A stretch of 52,758 bases of DNA from a virus (Duplodnaviria > Caudoviricetes). The position numbers were made by a program, and so were the translations under genes. The stretch lies in IMG/VR virus record IMGVR_UViG_3300049165_000014, positions 1 to 52,758 of that record. One strand, written 5' to 3'. Below the pieces are notes generated by a model that was not told the origin of the DNA, ran no database searches, and saw nothing but the letters and a program-made list of their open reading frames with translations. Shown here piece after piece: positions 7,238-15,380 of the stretch. Within the stretch, counting starts at the first letter, position 1. Each line of letters begins with the position of its first letter.

Positions 7238-7741
7238 ATGACCATGACCAATCAGGTGCTCATCTCGCAGGTGCTCGACGCCATCACGGTGGAGAACCTG
7301 GACATGGGGAGCTGGGGCAAGGCCAAGGACCCGAAGGCTTCGTGCGGTACGACCATGTGCTTCGCCGGTCACGCGGCGGTGATCGCTGGGCACGAGCTGG
7401 AGTGGGAGGAGCGGCAGGGCTACGACTACGAGGGCAACCCGACCACCTACTACGTGGCGGACTACACCAAGGAGGGACGCCTGATCGAGACCGTGGCCAA
7501 GGACGAGCTGAACATCAGCAAGGACCAGGCCACGGCCATCTTCTTCGCGACCGGCCTGGGCAACAACGTCGAGAGGCTTCGCGAGCTGGTCACCGACGTG
7601 ACCGACAACCCTGAGTTCGTCGGCAGCCGGGAGCACGGCGAGAAGTACGGGCACCTGTACGAGAGCGCCTACTTCGACTTCGACTTCCCCGACTACCAGA
7701 GCGAGTGGGTGGACGACGAGGACTTCGACGACGAGGACTGA
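7238..7741 (+). CDS. Hypothetical protein, CGTTMCFAGHA family (paralog 2), acidic tail
   Basis: GAGAGG RBS; strong GC3 bias. Confidence 0.85.
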   Translation: MTMTNQVLISQVLDAITVENLDMGSWGKAKDPKASCGTTMCFAGHAAVIAGHELEWEERQGYDYEGNPTTYYVADYTKEGRLIETVAKDELNISKDQATAIFFATGLGNNVERLRELVTDVTDNPEFVGSREHGEKYGHLYESAYFDFDFPDYQSEWVDDEDFDDED

Positions 7742-7817
7742 TCGCTGGACTTCAGTCGTGGCCAATGCGAAAGCGTTGGCTATGGCTGTGGACCAACGAT
7801 TGGAGAGGCATGAGGGC

Positions 7818-7982
7818 ATGATCCACGTGATCATCGACGGCATCCAGTTCGCTGCCATCCTGTACCTGGGACGAGCCGCCACGTCGCATCATCGTACGAT
7901 CAGTGGCATCCTGCGGGTGGAGCAGATGATGTCCGACCAGCAGAAGGAGTTCATCAAGTGGCGGAGTGGTCAGAAGGGGTAA
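7818..7982 (+). CDS. Small membrane-associated protein
   Basis: Hydrophobic N-terminus; GAGGG RBS. Confidence 0.55.
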   Translation: MIHVIIDGIQFAAILYLGRAATSHHRTISGILRVEQMMSDQQKEFIKWRSGQKG

Positions 7983-7986
7983 TGCC

Positions 7987-8208
7987 ATGGCGCTAGTGGA
8001 CCTGACCCACGAGGAGATAGCCCTGTTGATCAGGGCAGCGGACAGGTACCACGAGTTCGCGAAGAGTCACGAACAGATCCGCACATTGGACAGTGCGGTG
8101 TCCAAGATGGTGGAGGCAGATCGGAGAGCCTTGAGCGGCTCGACACAGGAAGCGCAGCGCCGGGCGCACAAGCACAGGCTAAACAACCCTCCCCCGAGCG
8201 AGAGGTAA
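7987..8208 (+). CDS. Hypothetical protein
   Basis: RBS, tightly packed in the operon. Confidence 0.7.
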   Translation: MALVDLTHEEIALLIRAADRYHEFAKSHEQIRTLDSAVSKMVEADRRALSGSTQEAQRRAHKHRLNNPPPSER

Positions 8209-8211
8209 GAC

Positions 8212-8481
8212 ATGGCCGAGTGCATCCAACACGGTACGTGGAGTGACAACTACTGTGGTCCGGATTGCGAGCAACTGACCAAGCAGTGGAACGAGAGGCA
8301 AGGCATGGAAGAGACCGCACTCAAGTGGGTAGTGGTTGTGCAGGCCGAGGACGGCGAGGCACCACGGATCCATGGTCCGTTCGACTCCAACCTTGAGGCT
8401 CGGATCTACGAGGACCGGAAGATCGATGCCCCACCCGGGGCAAGGGCGTGGATCGTCCCGATCTACCCGCCTGAGGACTGA
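8212..8481 (+). CDS. Hypothetical protein
   Basis: GAGG RBS; 89 aa. Confidence 0.7.
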   Translation: MAECIQHGTWSDNYCGPDCEQLTKQWNERQGMEETALKWVVVVQAEDGEAPRIHGPFDSNLEARIYEDRKIDAPPGARAWIVPIYPPED

Positions 8482-8492
8482 GAGGTTTCACC

Positions 8493-8747
8493 ATGGGCCA
8501 ATACACGGCAGACCCGGACGCCAGTCCGTTCGATCGCAGCCTGATGACCCTCGCCCAGGTGCTCGACGACAACGGGCACGAGGAGGACGCAGAGATCGTG
8601 GGGTCCGCCGCAGCGGAGCTGCGGGAGTTCCAGAAGCTGCCGGGTGGCACCCCCACGGACGTGTACCGCGTATTGGAGATGGTCCAAGGCTCGGCTGCCA
8701 GCGTGATGGATGTGATCGGAAGGAACTTCCCACCCCCCAGCAACTGA
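8493..8747 (+). CDS. Hypothetical protein
   Basis: GAGAGG RBS; 84 aa. Confidence 0.75.
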   Translation: MGQYTADPDASPFDRSLMTLAQVLDDNGHEEDAEIVGSAAAELREFQKLPGGTPTDVYRVLEMVQGSAASVMDVIGRNFPPPSN

Positions 8748-8757
8748 AAGGCAAGGC

Positions 8758-9078
8758 ATGGCGAAGGCAGTGGTCATCCCCCCGGCGGGAGACGTGCTCG
8801 TGGTCGACTGGCCCGAGGGGGACGACGAGAGACTTCAGACCATGTACCACCACATCAAGGGGTACGTGGAGCTGGTGAACCTGCCGGAGGCAGGCATCCA
8901 CATGTGGGCTGACGAAGAGGGCTTGCTCAAGCCTGACCCGCAGCACAACCTGCGAGCTTCAGTACTGGCGCAGCGTCCCATCGTCGGGACGGTGGTGCTC
9001 ACCCCGTTCACGGAGGGACCCCGATCGCAGGGGTTCACCGAGGAAGAAGCCGAGAAGATCGGAAACCTGTTCGACTGA
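8758..9078 (+). CDS. DUF3846-like protein
   Basis: GYVELV...DEEGLLK...N.RA...IVGTVVL motif. Confidence 0.75.
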   Translation: MAKAVVIPPAGDVLVVDWPEGDDERLQTMYHHIKGYVELVNLPEAGIHMWADEEGLLKPDPQHNLRASVLAQRPIVGTVVLTPFTEGPRSQGFTEEEAEKIGNLFD

Positions 9079-9083
9079 GGTAC

Positions 9084-9145
9084 CGGGCACGCCGCACTGG
9101 TAGCGGCAGGGCTACGGCTCTCCAGGTTCGAGTCCTGGGTGTCCA
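9084..9145 (+). ncRNA. tRNA-like RNA lacking an anticodon loop
   Basis: Acceptor GGGCAC/GTGTCC, D-arm GCCGC-ACTGGTA-GCGGC, third arm AGGGC-TACG-GCTCT, T-arm CCAGG-TTCGAGT-CCTGG. Confidence 0.7.
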
Positions 9146-9184
9146 CTTCGAAAGCAATGACAACACAAACGGGAGGTAACGGAC

Positions 9185-9748
9185 ATGGCACGCGAGGTGA
9201 TCGTCCGCCTGGTCGATGACATTGACCCGAATGTCGAGGCTGACGAAACCGTTAGCTTTGGCATCGACGGGGAGAACTTCGAGATTGACCTCAGCAGTGA
9301 GCACGCGACTGCTCTCCGTGAGGCTCTCGCTACGTATGTGGCGCACGCCCGGCGGGCGAAGGTTTCGCGCCGCTCGTCGCACGGAAAGCCCTCGCCTCAG
9401 CAGGATCGGGAGCTGAACCAGAAGATCCGGGAGTGGGCACGCGAGCGAGGGGCGAAGGTCTCCGACCGAGGCCGTATCCCTCAGCCCATCGTGGACGCCT
9501 ACCACGGCCGTCCATCCAGCTTCGTCCCGACTCTCACCCCAGAGAACGAGGAGAAGGCTCGGGCTCGCGGCCTGGAGTTCGACTCGCCCAACAAGGAGCG
9601 GCTTGCTGAGAACCTGACCCAGGCTTCACAGGCACCAACGCTCACTGTCGTCCCCAGCCCGTTCGAGGTTCCCGCAGGTCAGGTCGAGGAGGCCAAGCCC
9701 AAGCGGGCCACTCGCAAGCGCGCAGGTCGTACGGCCAAGGCCGAATGA
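9185..9748 (+). CDS. lsr2: Lsr2-like DNA-bridging protein with a C-terminal extension
   Basis: LVDDID...ADETVSFGIDG..FEIDLS...IREWAR..G..VSDRGRIP. Confidence 0.92.
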   Translation: MAREVIVRLVDDIDPNVEADETVSFGIDGENFEIDLSSEHATALREALATYVAHARRAKVSRRSSHGKPSPQQDRELNQKIREWARERGAKVSDRGRIPQPIVDAYHGRPSSFVPTLTPENEEKARARGLEFDSPNKERLAENLTQASQAPTLTVVPSPFEVPAGQVEEAKPKRATRKRAGRTAKAE

Positions 9749-9891
9749 CAAGCTTGTAAGTTCGCTCCACGGGGGGGCGAGTGTTAACCAACGACAGTGA
9801 GCCATTTGGGGCACGCCGGTGTGGCGTGTATCACTGAAACGGGGCAACAAATGTCCTCGATGTCCATACGTGAGAGTGAGAGGTACCTACG

Positions 9892-10491
9892 ATGGCTGGC
9901 ATCCCACTGCCTCGCCTTGATCTTGATCGCGCGCTCCGGGTTAGATCAGCCCAGGAGGTGCGGCCGGTGGAGGAGCGGAAGGGTGGTCCTAAGGGGTCAG
10001 GCTTGACCCCGCAGGTCATCGAGGAAGAGAAGGCTCGGGGACTCAATCAGAATCAGATCGCTGCGAAGTACGGTGTGACTCGCCAAACGGTGAGCGGAAT
10101 GAAGAGGCTTCGTGGTCGTTTCTCAATGACTCCCCGTGAGCGGGTTCTGGCACAGTTTCCGTGGAAGATCCCGGCGAGGTTCAATGATGCCGAGATCAAT
10201 CGGAACATGAGGAACCACGCCGAGTATGTAGCCACCGGCGGCAAGGGTATGTCGGATCGCAAGCTCAAGAGGCTTGCCTCCTTCTACCGCAGGCTTGAGC
10301 GTGACAACCTGGTGGTTGAGTTCGATCCAGACATCGAGCCCAACGAGTTCTCCCAACTCGGAGGGTTCAGGCTGGTACCCCGAGAGGACTCGGATGGGGA
10401 TCTGATGATCCGAGTCAACGACTGCACGGTTCTAACCGATGAGGGGCGACGTTTCCTGTGGAGGATTCCCCAGCGTCGCCCTGAAGTCTAA
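9892..10491 (+). CDS. Immunity repressor (Cluster A / L5 gp71-like)
   Basis: N-terminal HTH (NQNQIAAKYGVTRQTVS); HAEYVATGGKGMS..KL.RL..FY...VEFDP...D.MIRVN..T.LT.EG. Confidence 0.9.
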   Translation: MAGIPLPRLDLDRALRVRSAQEVRPVEERKGGPKGSGLTPQVIEEEKARGLNQNQIAAKYGVTRQTVSGMKRLRGRFSMTPRERVLAQFPWKIPARFNDAEINRNMRNHAEYVATGGKGMSDRKLKRLASFYRRLERDNLVVEFDPDIEPNEFSQLGGFRLVPREDSDGDLMIRVNDCTVLTDEGRRFLWRIPQRRPEV

Positions 10492-10663
10492 ACCCGAGAG
10501 ACCTTACTAAGGGTCCCCGTCGGGTCGCGCGTCCATAGCCGATGGTCGCTACCCCGAAATGCGCAGAGGCTAGAGCCCAGCCAGTTGGCCACCTTCCCAC
10601 CACGCTCCCTTGGGTGGTGGCTGGGCTCTGCCCTGCCCAGAAGTAGAACGGACGCACGGCACT

Positions 10664-11005
10664 ATGCAGCACGCCACAGTTGGCGAACTTCGGGTGGTCG
10701 ACGAACCCCCCTACATGGTTTCTCGGGTGATCGACAATAGGGATGGCACCCTCTCTGCCGAGTCGACAGTAAGTCACATCGTCGAAGAGACCGACGACAT
10801 CTACCAGACCTGGGTCTCGTACTACACCCAGTTCTGCTTCACGATCAACACGAGAGAGGAGTTCGAGGACGAGTCGTGGATGTTCGGCGGAGGCATCCGC
10901 ATGACAGGCACGATCTACACGTCGTGCCCTGGTGAAGGCTTCGACCACAACTGCGTGGCGAGGAGGGCAACAGTCCCGATGAGGTTCGACTCAGGAAAGG
11001 TGTGA
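10664..11005 (+). CDS. Hypothetical protein
   Basis: ORF coupled to the downstream gene; start uncertain. Confidence 0.6.
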   Translation: MQHATVGELRVVDEPPYMVSRVIDNRDGTLSAESTVSHIVEETDDIYQTWVSYYTQFCFTINTREEFEDESWMFGGGIRMTGTIYTSCPGEGFDHNCVARRATVPMRFDSGKV

Positions 11006-11862
11006 TGGAGACAGAGGAACCAACGCAGGAGGAGTTCAAGTGGGACTGGAAGACCGGCCACCGCTCGGTCTCTCAGCTCAAGGAGTACAGCATCGAACAC
11101 GACGGATGCCCGTACCGATGGTACCTGCACAGGGTTGAACGCAAGTGGCAGAAGCCTGCTGCTTGGTCACCTCAAGGTACCGGCGTCCACAAGGTGGGCG
11201 AGGAGTACGAGCGGTCCGGCCGAACGCTCACGCTTGAGCAAGCCTTCGAGATCTTCGACGAGTCGTACATGGAGGAGATCAACAAGCTCACGGCCGAGAC
11301 ACCCAACTTCAAGATGTGGTTCCGCTCGGGTGGCTGGCGCCGCTCGGTTGAGGACGACATTGAGCGTCGTTGGGGTATCGGTTATGAGCAGGTCGAGAAG
11401 TACATCGACTATTACAAGGAGCGGCCGGAAGAGAAGGTCTTCGTTACGGAGGATGGGACGCTCGCTGTTGAGCTTCCGTTCCGTATCGACTTCGACGGCG
11501 TCGAGGTGATCGGGTACATTGACCAGGTTGTGTGGGACCCCATCGAGAAGCGATGGGTGGTCCGAGACATCAAGACTGGCAAGACGCCCGGCGATGAGAT
11601 GCAGCTCGCCGTGTACGGCGTGGTCATGGAAGAGGATCACGGGCTGGTCATCGACTACGGCGACTACTGGATGGCCGTGTCGGGAAAGCCTACGTTCCCG
11701 TATGACCTAACTGACTGGCCGAAGAGCCGGTTGTCCGATGAGTTCGGTGCTATGGATCAGGGGGTCAAGGAAGAGAGGTTCGACCCCAACCCCTCGCTTG
11801 ACCGGTGCAAGATGTGCTCGGTCAACTGGGCATGTGAGTTCAGGATGTCCGAAAACTTTTGA
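11002..11862 (+). CDS. Cas4-family / RecB-like PD-(D/E)XK exonuclease
   Basis: RSVSQL..Y...CPY; GYIDQV...DIKTG...QLAVY; C-terminal C..C.....C. Confidence 0.88.
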   Translation: MMETEEPTQEEFKWDWKTGHRSVSQLKEYSIEHDGCPYRWYLHRVERKWQKPAAWSPQGTGVHKVGEEYERSGRTLTLEQAFEIFDESYMEEINKLTAETPNFKMWFRSGGWRRSVEDDIERRWGIGYEQVEKYIDYYKERPEEKVFVTEDGTLAVELPFRIDFDGVEVIGYIDQVVWDPIEKRWVVRDIKTGKTPGDEMQLAVYGVVMEEDHGLVIDYGDYWMAVSGKPTFPYDLTDWPKSRLSDEFGAMDQGVKEERFDPNPSLDRCKMCSVNWACEFRMSENF

Positions 11863-11867
11863 GTTCG

Positions 11868-11912
11868 GACCTTACTTAGGGCGGGACCAAGGTGGTCCCG
11901 CTCTTTTCTTTT
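11868..11912 (+). terminator. Stoperator (11868-11882) fused to an intrinsic terminator
   Basis: GACCTTACTTAGGGC running into GCGGGACCA-AGG-TGGTCCCGC-TCTTTTCTTTT. Confidence 0.8.
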
Positions 11913-11925
11913 GAGAGGAATCAGC

Positions 11926-12453
11926 ATGAGCTTCGAGATCGGCAAGACGTTCAACGGCCGCGAGGTCGAGCAGGCCCCCGCCGGTGCGGTGGTGGTCGAC
12001 GAGCAGGGCAAGCCGCACGTGCGGGCTGAGAAGACTGCCTCGTTCGGCTACGTCTTCGAGGACCACTCCTCGGTACGAGGTGTGTTCACCCTGGTGTGGC
12101 TGCCTCAGTCGCTGGACCTGGCCGACCGGCGGTCCCTCGCACAGGAGCTGCTGCGTCAGCGGACCGATGACCCGACGCGGAAGCTGGACGACCACTTCGG
12201 AGTCAACAACTGGCTGCGTGCGGCTGACTGGGTGCTGGCGAACTTCGTGCCGAAGGCGTCGGTTCCCCTGCGGGAGGGAGACAAGTTCCGACTGATCACG
12301 AGCGGCCACCAGGACGCCCGCTACACCAACGCTGACATCGGCGACCAGGGCGTGCTGATCGGGGACCTGGACTCCGACGACGAGTACGAGGTCAAGTGGG
12401 ACGGGACCGGACTCACCCAGTACCTGCACAAGTCGCAGGTGGAGCGCGCCTGA
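11926..12453 (+). CDS. Hypothetical protein with an SH3/KOW-like C-terminal domain
   Basis: GAGAGG RBS; ORF. Confidence 0.8.
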   Translation: MSFEIGKTFNGREVEQAPAGAVVVDEQGKPHVRAEKTASFGYVFEDHSSVRGVFTLVWLPQSLDLADRRSLAQELLRQRTDDPTRKLDDHFGVNNWLRAADWVLANFVPKASVPLREGDKFRLITSGHQDARYTNADIGDQGVLIGDLDSDDEYEVKWDGTGLTQYLHKSQVERA

Positions 12454-12704
12454 TGGCTCGATGGCTGCACACGCTCGATGTCTCGGACATCTGGCGGGAC
12501 TTCGACAGCCTTGGGTTCGCGAAGGCTCGCGACGAGATCGTGAAGCGAGTCAAGGCAACGGACTTCTACGACGAGGAAGACATCGTCATCACTGACATCG
12601 TCGAGGACCTGGCTGCTGCCGAGGATTTGCACTCGTTCGACTTCGAGTGGAATTCCTTCTACGCCTTCGCGGATGCCAACCGAGTGTGGGTGAAGACCTT
12701 CTAA
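12453..12704 (+). CDS. Hypothetical protein
   Basis: TGATG coupling; ends YAFADANRVWVKTF. Confidence 0.8.
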   Translation: MARWLHTLDVSDIWRDFDSLGFAKARDEIVKRVKATDFYDEEDIVITDIVEDLAAAEDLHSFDFEWNSFYAFADANRVWVKTF

Positions 12705-12871
12705 TGGACTTCACTGAGGTGTTCGGGGGATACGGCATCAGTCAAGACACCGTGGATCGAGCACGGGCCGAGGCACTTCGGGAGGGATACAGCAAGGGAT
12801 ACCAGGAGGGATATCAGGACGGAAGGAATGACGGGTACAAGAAGGGGTACGAAGACGGGACAGACGAATGA
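12704..12871 (+). CDS. Small protein with GxxxG repeats
   Basis: TAATG coupling; EGYSKGYQEGYQDGRNDGYKKGYEDG. Confidence 0.7.
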   Translation: MDFTEVFGGYGISQDTVDRARAEALREGYSKGYQEGYQDGRNDGYKKGYEDGTDE

Positions 12872-12936
12872 GCTGGAAGAGAACCTTCGCACTCCTGTAC
12901 GTAGTGGCTCTCGTGCTCGTCCTGATGTACGCCTGA
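12868..12936 (+). CDS. 22-aa TM peptide
   Basis: ATGA overlap; MSWKRTFALLYVVALVLVLMYA. Confidence 0.5.
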   Translation: MSWKRTFALLYVVALVLVLMYA

Positions 12937-12946
12937 TTGGAGAGCA

Positions 12947-13057
12947 ATGAACTGTGACGCCGGGGATCCGAACTGCACCAACCACTGCAACCACTGCGGA
13001 TGTCACCACGGTAACCACACGCCCTGGTGCTCTCAGCGACCGAACACGAGGACGTAG
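12947..13057 (+). CDS. 36-aa Cys/His-rich microprotein
   Basis: GGAGAG RBS; MNCDAGDPNCTNHCNHCGCHHGNHTPWCSQRPNTRT. Confidence 0.65.
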   Translation: MNCDAGDPNCTNHCNHCGCHHGNHTPWCSQRPNTRT

Positions 13058-13064
13058 GAGGTAG

Positions 13065-13964
13065 ATGTACTCACTGGCACAGAGCAAGAGGATCCGAGGG
13101 GATAGCGGGGAGCCGCTGCCCGTCGTGTTCGAAGCCTTGGAGGCACGAGGTGTACGCCTGCTGCGTGGGCAGCTCGCTCTTGTAGCGGCTGGGCCGGGCA
13201 CCGGCAAGTCAGCCTTCGTGCTCTCGTACCTGTTGCAGGCCAAGGTTCCGACGCTGTACTTCAGCGCAGACTCTGATGCGTTCACGCAGTTGACCCGCTC
13301 TATCAGCATGCTGAAGGGCTGGCCACTGGAGAAGTCAGCGCATGCCGTGCTCGACGACGACATGGAAGCGGTGGATGCATCGCTCGCCGATGTCCCGATC
13401 CGCATGGTGTACGACGCAAGCCCCTCGCTGGACAGGATCCAGGAGGTGATGACCTCATGGTTCGAGGTCTATGAGGACTACCCCCACGTCGTGGTCATCG
13501 ACAACGTGACCAACGTGCGGAGTGGGTCGGCAGCAAACGATGACGATCCCTTCTCGGGACTGGAGTCGTTGATGGAGTACCTGCACGACATGGCACGCAA
13601 TACGCAGGCATGTGTGATCGGCCTGCACCATGTCACTGGTGGGTACAACGATGCCGACAAGCCCATCCCTTTGAGTGGGGTGAAGGGCCAGATCACTCGG
13701 GTTCCCGAGCTGGTGCTCACCTTGTTCAAGAAGTTCGACGCAATGTACAACATCACCAAGCTGTGTGTATCTGCGGTCAAGAACAGGGCGGGCAAGGCGG
13801 ATCCCTCGGGCAACACGTTCGCCGAGCTTGAGTTCATCGGCGATCAGATGACCATTCGGGATCTTCCTGATGACTACAAACCTGACTTCGGGCAAGTCGA
13901 GATCGACGACCCGTGGCAGGAAAGCGAAGACGACGATGATGAGGAGAACGATCTATGGCGGTGA
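13065..13964 (+). CDS. DnaB-like / RecA-fold helicase
   Basis: Walker A AGPGTGKS, Walker B VVVIDN, VKNR arginine finger. Confidence 0.88.
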   Translation: MYSLAQSKRIRGDSGEPLPVVFEALEARGVRLLRGQLALVAAGPGTGKSAFVLSYLLQAKVPTLYFSADSDAFTQLTRSISMLKGWPLEKSAHAVLDDDMEAVDASLADVPIRMVYDASPSLDRIQEVMTSWFEVYEDYPHVVVIDNVTNVRSGSAANDDDPFSGLESLMEYLHDMARNTQACVIGLHHVTGGYNDADKPIPLSGVKGQITRVPELVLTLFKKFDAMYNITKLCVSAVKNRAGKADPSGNTFAELEFIGDQMTIRDLPDDYKPDFGQVEIDDPWQESEDDDDEENDLWR

Positions 13965-14374
13965 ACGAAGGCGATCGGGTCCGGATCACCGACGCGTCGG
14001 AGACCGGCGAGGAGTACGGAGTGCAGGTCGGTGACACCGGCTTCATCGAGGTGATCGACTTCCTGTTCCCTGGTTCAGGGATCCTGGTCGTGCACTTCGA
14101 CGAGCGAGTCAACGAGCTGGGCGCACCTCTGCACCAGATGTTCAAGGAGAGCCAGGTCGAGGTCATCCCCCCGTCCACGCAGTACGTGGAGGGAGAGCTG
14201 GTCGAGCCCGGCACTCTCACTGACCCGGACATCCTGATCCGCATCGGGTCGGCGGCGCAGTTCGCCGAGGACATGGGGCAGGCGTACCTGGCCGACTGGC
14301 TGACTGGCCTGGGCGGCGCAGCCATGGTCAGCAAGGACATCCTGGCTGTCGTCCGCAAGCTGATCGAGGGCTGA
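13955..14374 (+). CDS. Hypothetical protein with an SH3/KOW-like N-terminal domain
   Basis: GGAG RBS; EGDRVRIT...GDTGFI. Confidence 0.75.
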   Translation: MAVNEGDRVRITDASETGEEYGVQVGDTGFIEVIDFLFPGSGILVVHFDERVNELGAPLHQMFKESQVEVIPPSTQYVEGELVEPGTLTDPDILIRIGSAAQFAEDMGQAYLADWLTGLGGAAMVSKDILAVVRKLIEG

Positions 14375-14625
14375 TGAATTTGACTGGCCTTCGAACGTCG
14401 ATTCACATCGATGCCACCGACATCGGCACGTGGATTCGAGCTGGGCAGCCCTATGACACCATCCGGGACATCACGGTAGACGCCCTCGCTGGGGGAGACC
14501 GAGTCTCCCGCGTGGACATCAGCACGGACGCTGCGCGGCAGCTTGGAGCTGCGCTGATCCGATTCGCGAATGAGACGGACAAGCGGGTGGACGAGTACGA
14601 GGCGACCATGGCGGAGGAGGGCTGA
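14374..14625 (+). CDS. Hypothetical protein
   Basis: TGATG coupling. Confidence 0.7.
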   Translation: MNLTGLRTSIHIDATDIGTWIRAGQPYDTIRDITVDALAGGDRVSRVDISTDAARQLGAALIRFANETDKRVDEYEATMAEEG

Positions 14626-14627
14626 GT

Positions 14628-14846
14628 ATGGCTCTCACCCTGCACTACACAGGCGATGTCACTGACGACATCGTCGGCAAGGTGCTCGGGCCGGACAGGC
14701 ACCGGGCGTACTACGAGGCAGTGGCTGCTGAGTTCGACTTCCAGAAGAACCAGAGCACGGTGACCCTGCGTCCGTTCGATACGAGTAGGCCGGTTCGCCG
14801 GACCGAGTTCGGAGAATACGTGGTAGACAATGGAGTACGTAGTTAA
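14628..14846 (+). CDS. Hypothetical protein
   Basis: GGAGG RBS. Confidence 0.75.
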   Translation: MALTLHYTGDVTDDIVGKVLGPDRHRAYYEAVAAEFDFQKNQSTVTLRPFDTSRPVRRTEFGEYVVDNGVRS

Positions 14847-14940
14847 CTTCTTCGCCTTCGTCGGCGCGTGGTTCACCTCGGCTCTGATCGTTGGTGCGAT
14901 CATTGCCAGGGTCAAGCGCAATGACAAGAAGGTCAACTAG
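14830..14940 (+). CDS. 36-aa membrane peptide
   Basis: MEYVVNFFAFVGAWFTSALIVGAIIARVKRNDKKVN. Confidence 0.5.
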   Translation: MEYVVNFFAFVGAWFTSALIVGAIIARVKRNDKKVN

Positions 14941-15364
14941 GAAAGTCTGTGTCGGGTGCGGAATCGTTCGGCGGGTAGCGAAATACCCTGGCCCTCGGTG
15001 TCGCACCTGTCATCGCGCAGTCACGAGCGCGCGGTCACTGGCACGAAAAGCTAAGCACGTAGAAGAGAACTACCAGATCACCGAAGAGCAGTACCAAGCG
15101 ATTCTCGCCTATCAGGGCGGGGTGTGCTACATCTGCGGCAAGAAGCCTGGGCGCAAGCGGTTGTCGGTTGACCACGATCACGCCTTGGCCAAGCTGCACG
15201 ACCACCCAGACGACAAGGGCTGTCCCCGCTGCATTCGGGGATTGCTGCACTCGAAGTGCAACTCCTTCCTTGGGTGGATCCGAGACGATCCCGAGGCCAT
15301 GGCCCGGGGTCGCCTGTATTTGATTGACCCTCCAGCACGTCATGTGCTGTTGGACCTGACTTAG
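14921..15364 (+). CDS. Endonuclease VII family (Holliday junction resolvase-like)
   Basis: Y.IT.EQY..IL..QGGVCYIC...LSVDHDH...IRGLL...CN..LG. Confidence 0.9.
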   Translation: MTRRSTRKVCVGCGIVRRVAKYPGPRCRTCHRAVTSARSLARKAKHVEENYQITEEQYQAILAYQGGVCYICGKKPGRKRLSVDHDHALAKLHDHPDDKGCPRCIRGLLHSKCNSFLGWIRDDPEAMARGRLYLIDPPARHVLLDLT

Positions 15365-15367
15365 GGC
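15353..15367 (+). promoter_or_regulatory. Stoperator motif
   Basis: GACCTGACTTAGGGC over the stop codon. Confidence 0.8.
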
Positions 15368-15380
15368 GAAGAGGAGAGCA

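Noticed and set aside
1334-7802. Early hairpins as ordinary intrinsic terminators
   Set aside because: They lack U-tracts and are followed directly by an RBS with no new promoter; U-less actinobacterial terminators cannot be fully excluded
9084-9145. Canonical tRNA gene
   Set aside because: A 4-nt loop replaces the 7-nt anticodon loop and the connector nucleotides are missing; kept as tRNA-like
11002-11862. Cas4 as part of a CRISPR-Cas system
   Set aside because: It is a stand-alone Cas4/RecB-like nuclease typical of Cluster A-like phages, with no cas1/cas2 or array
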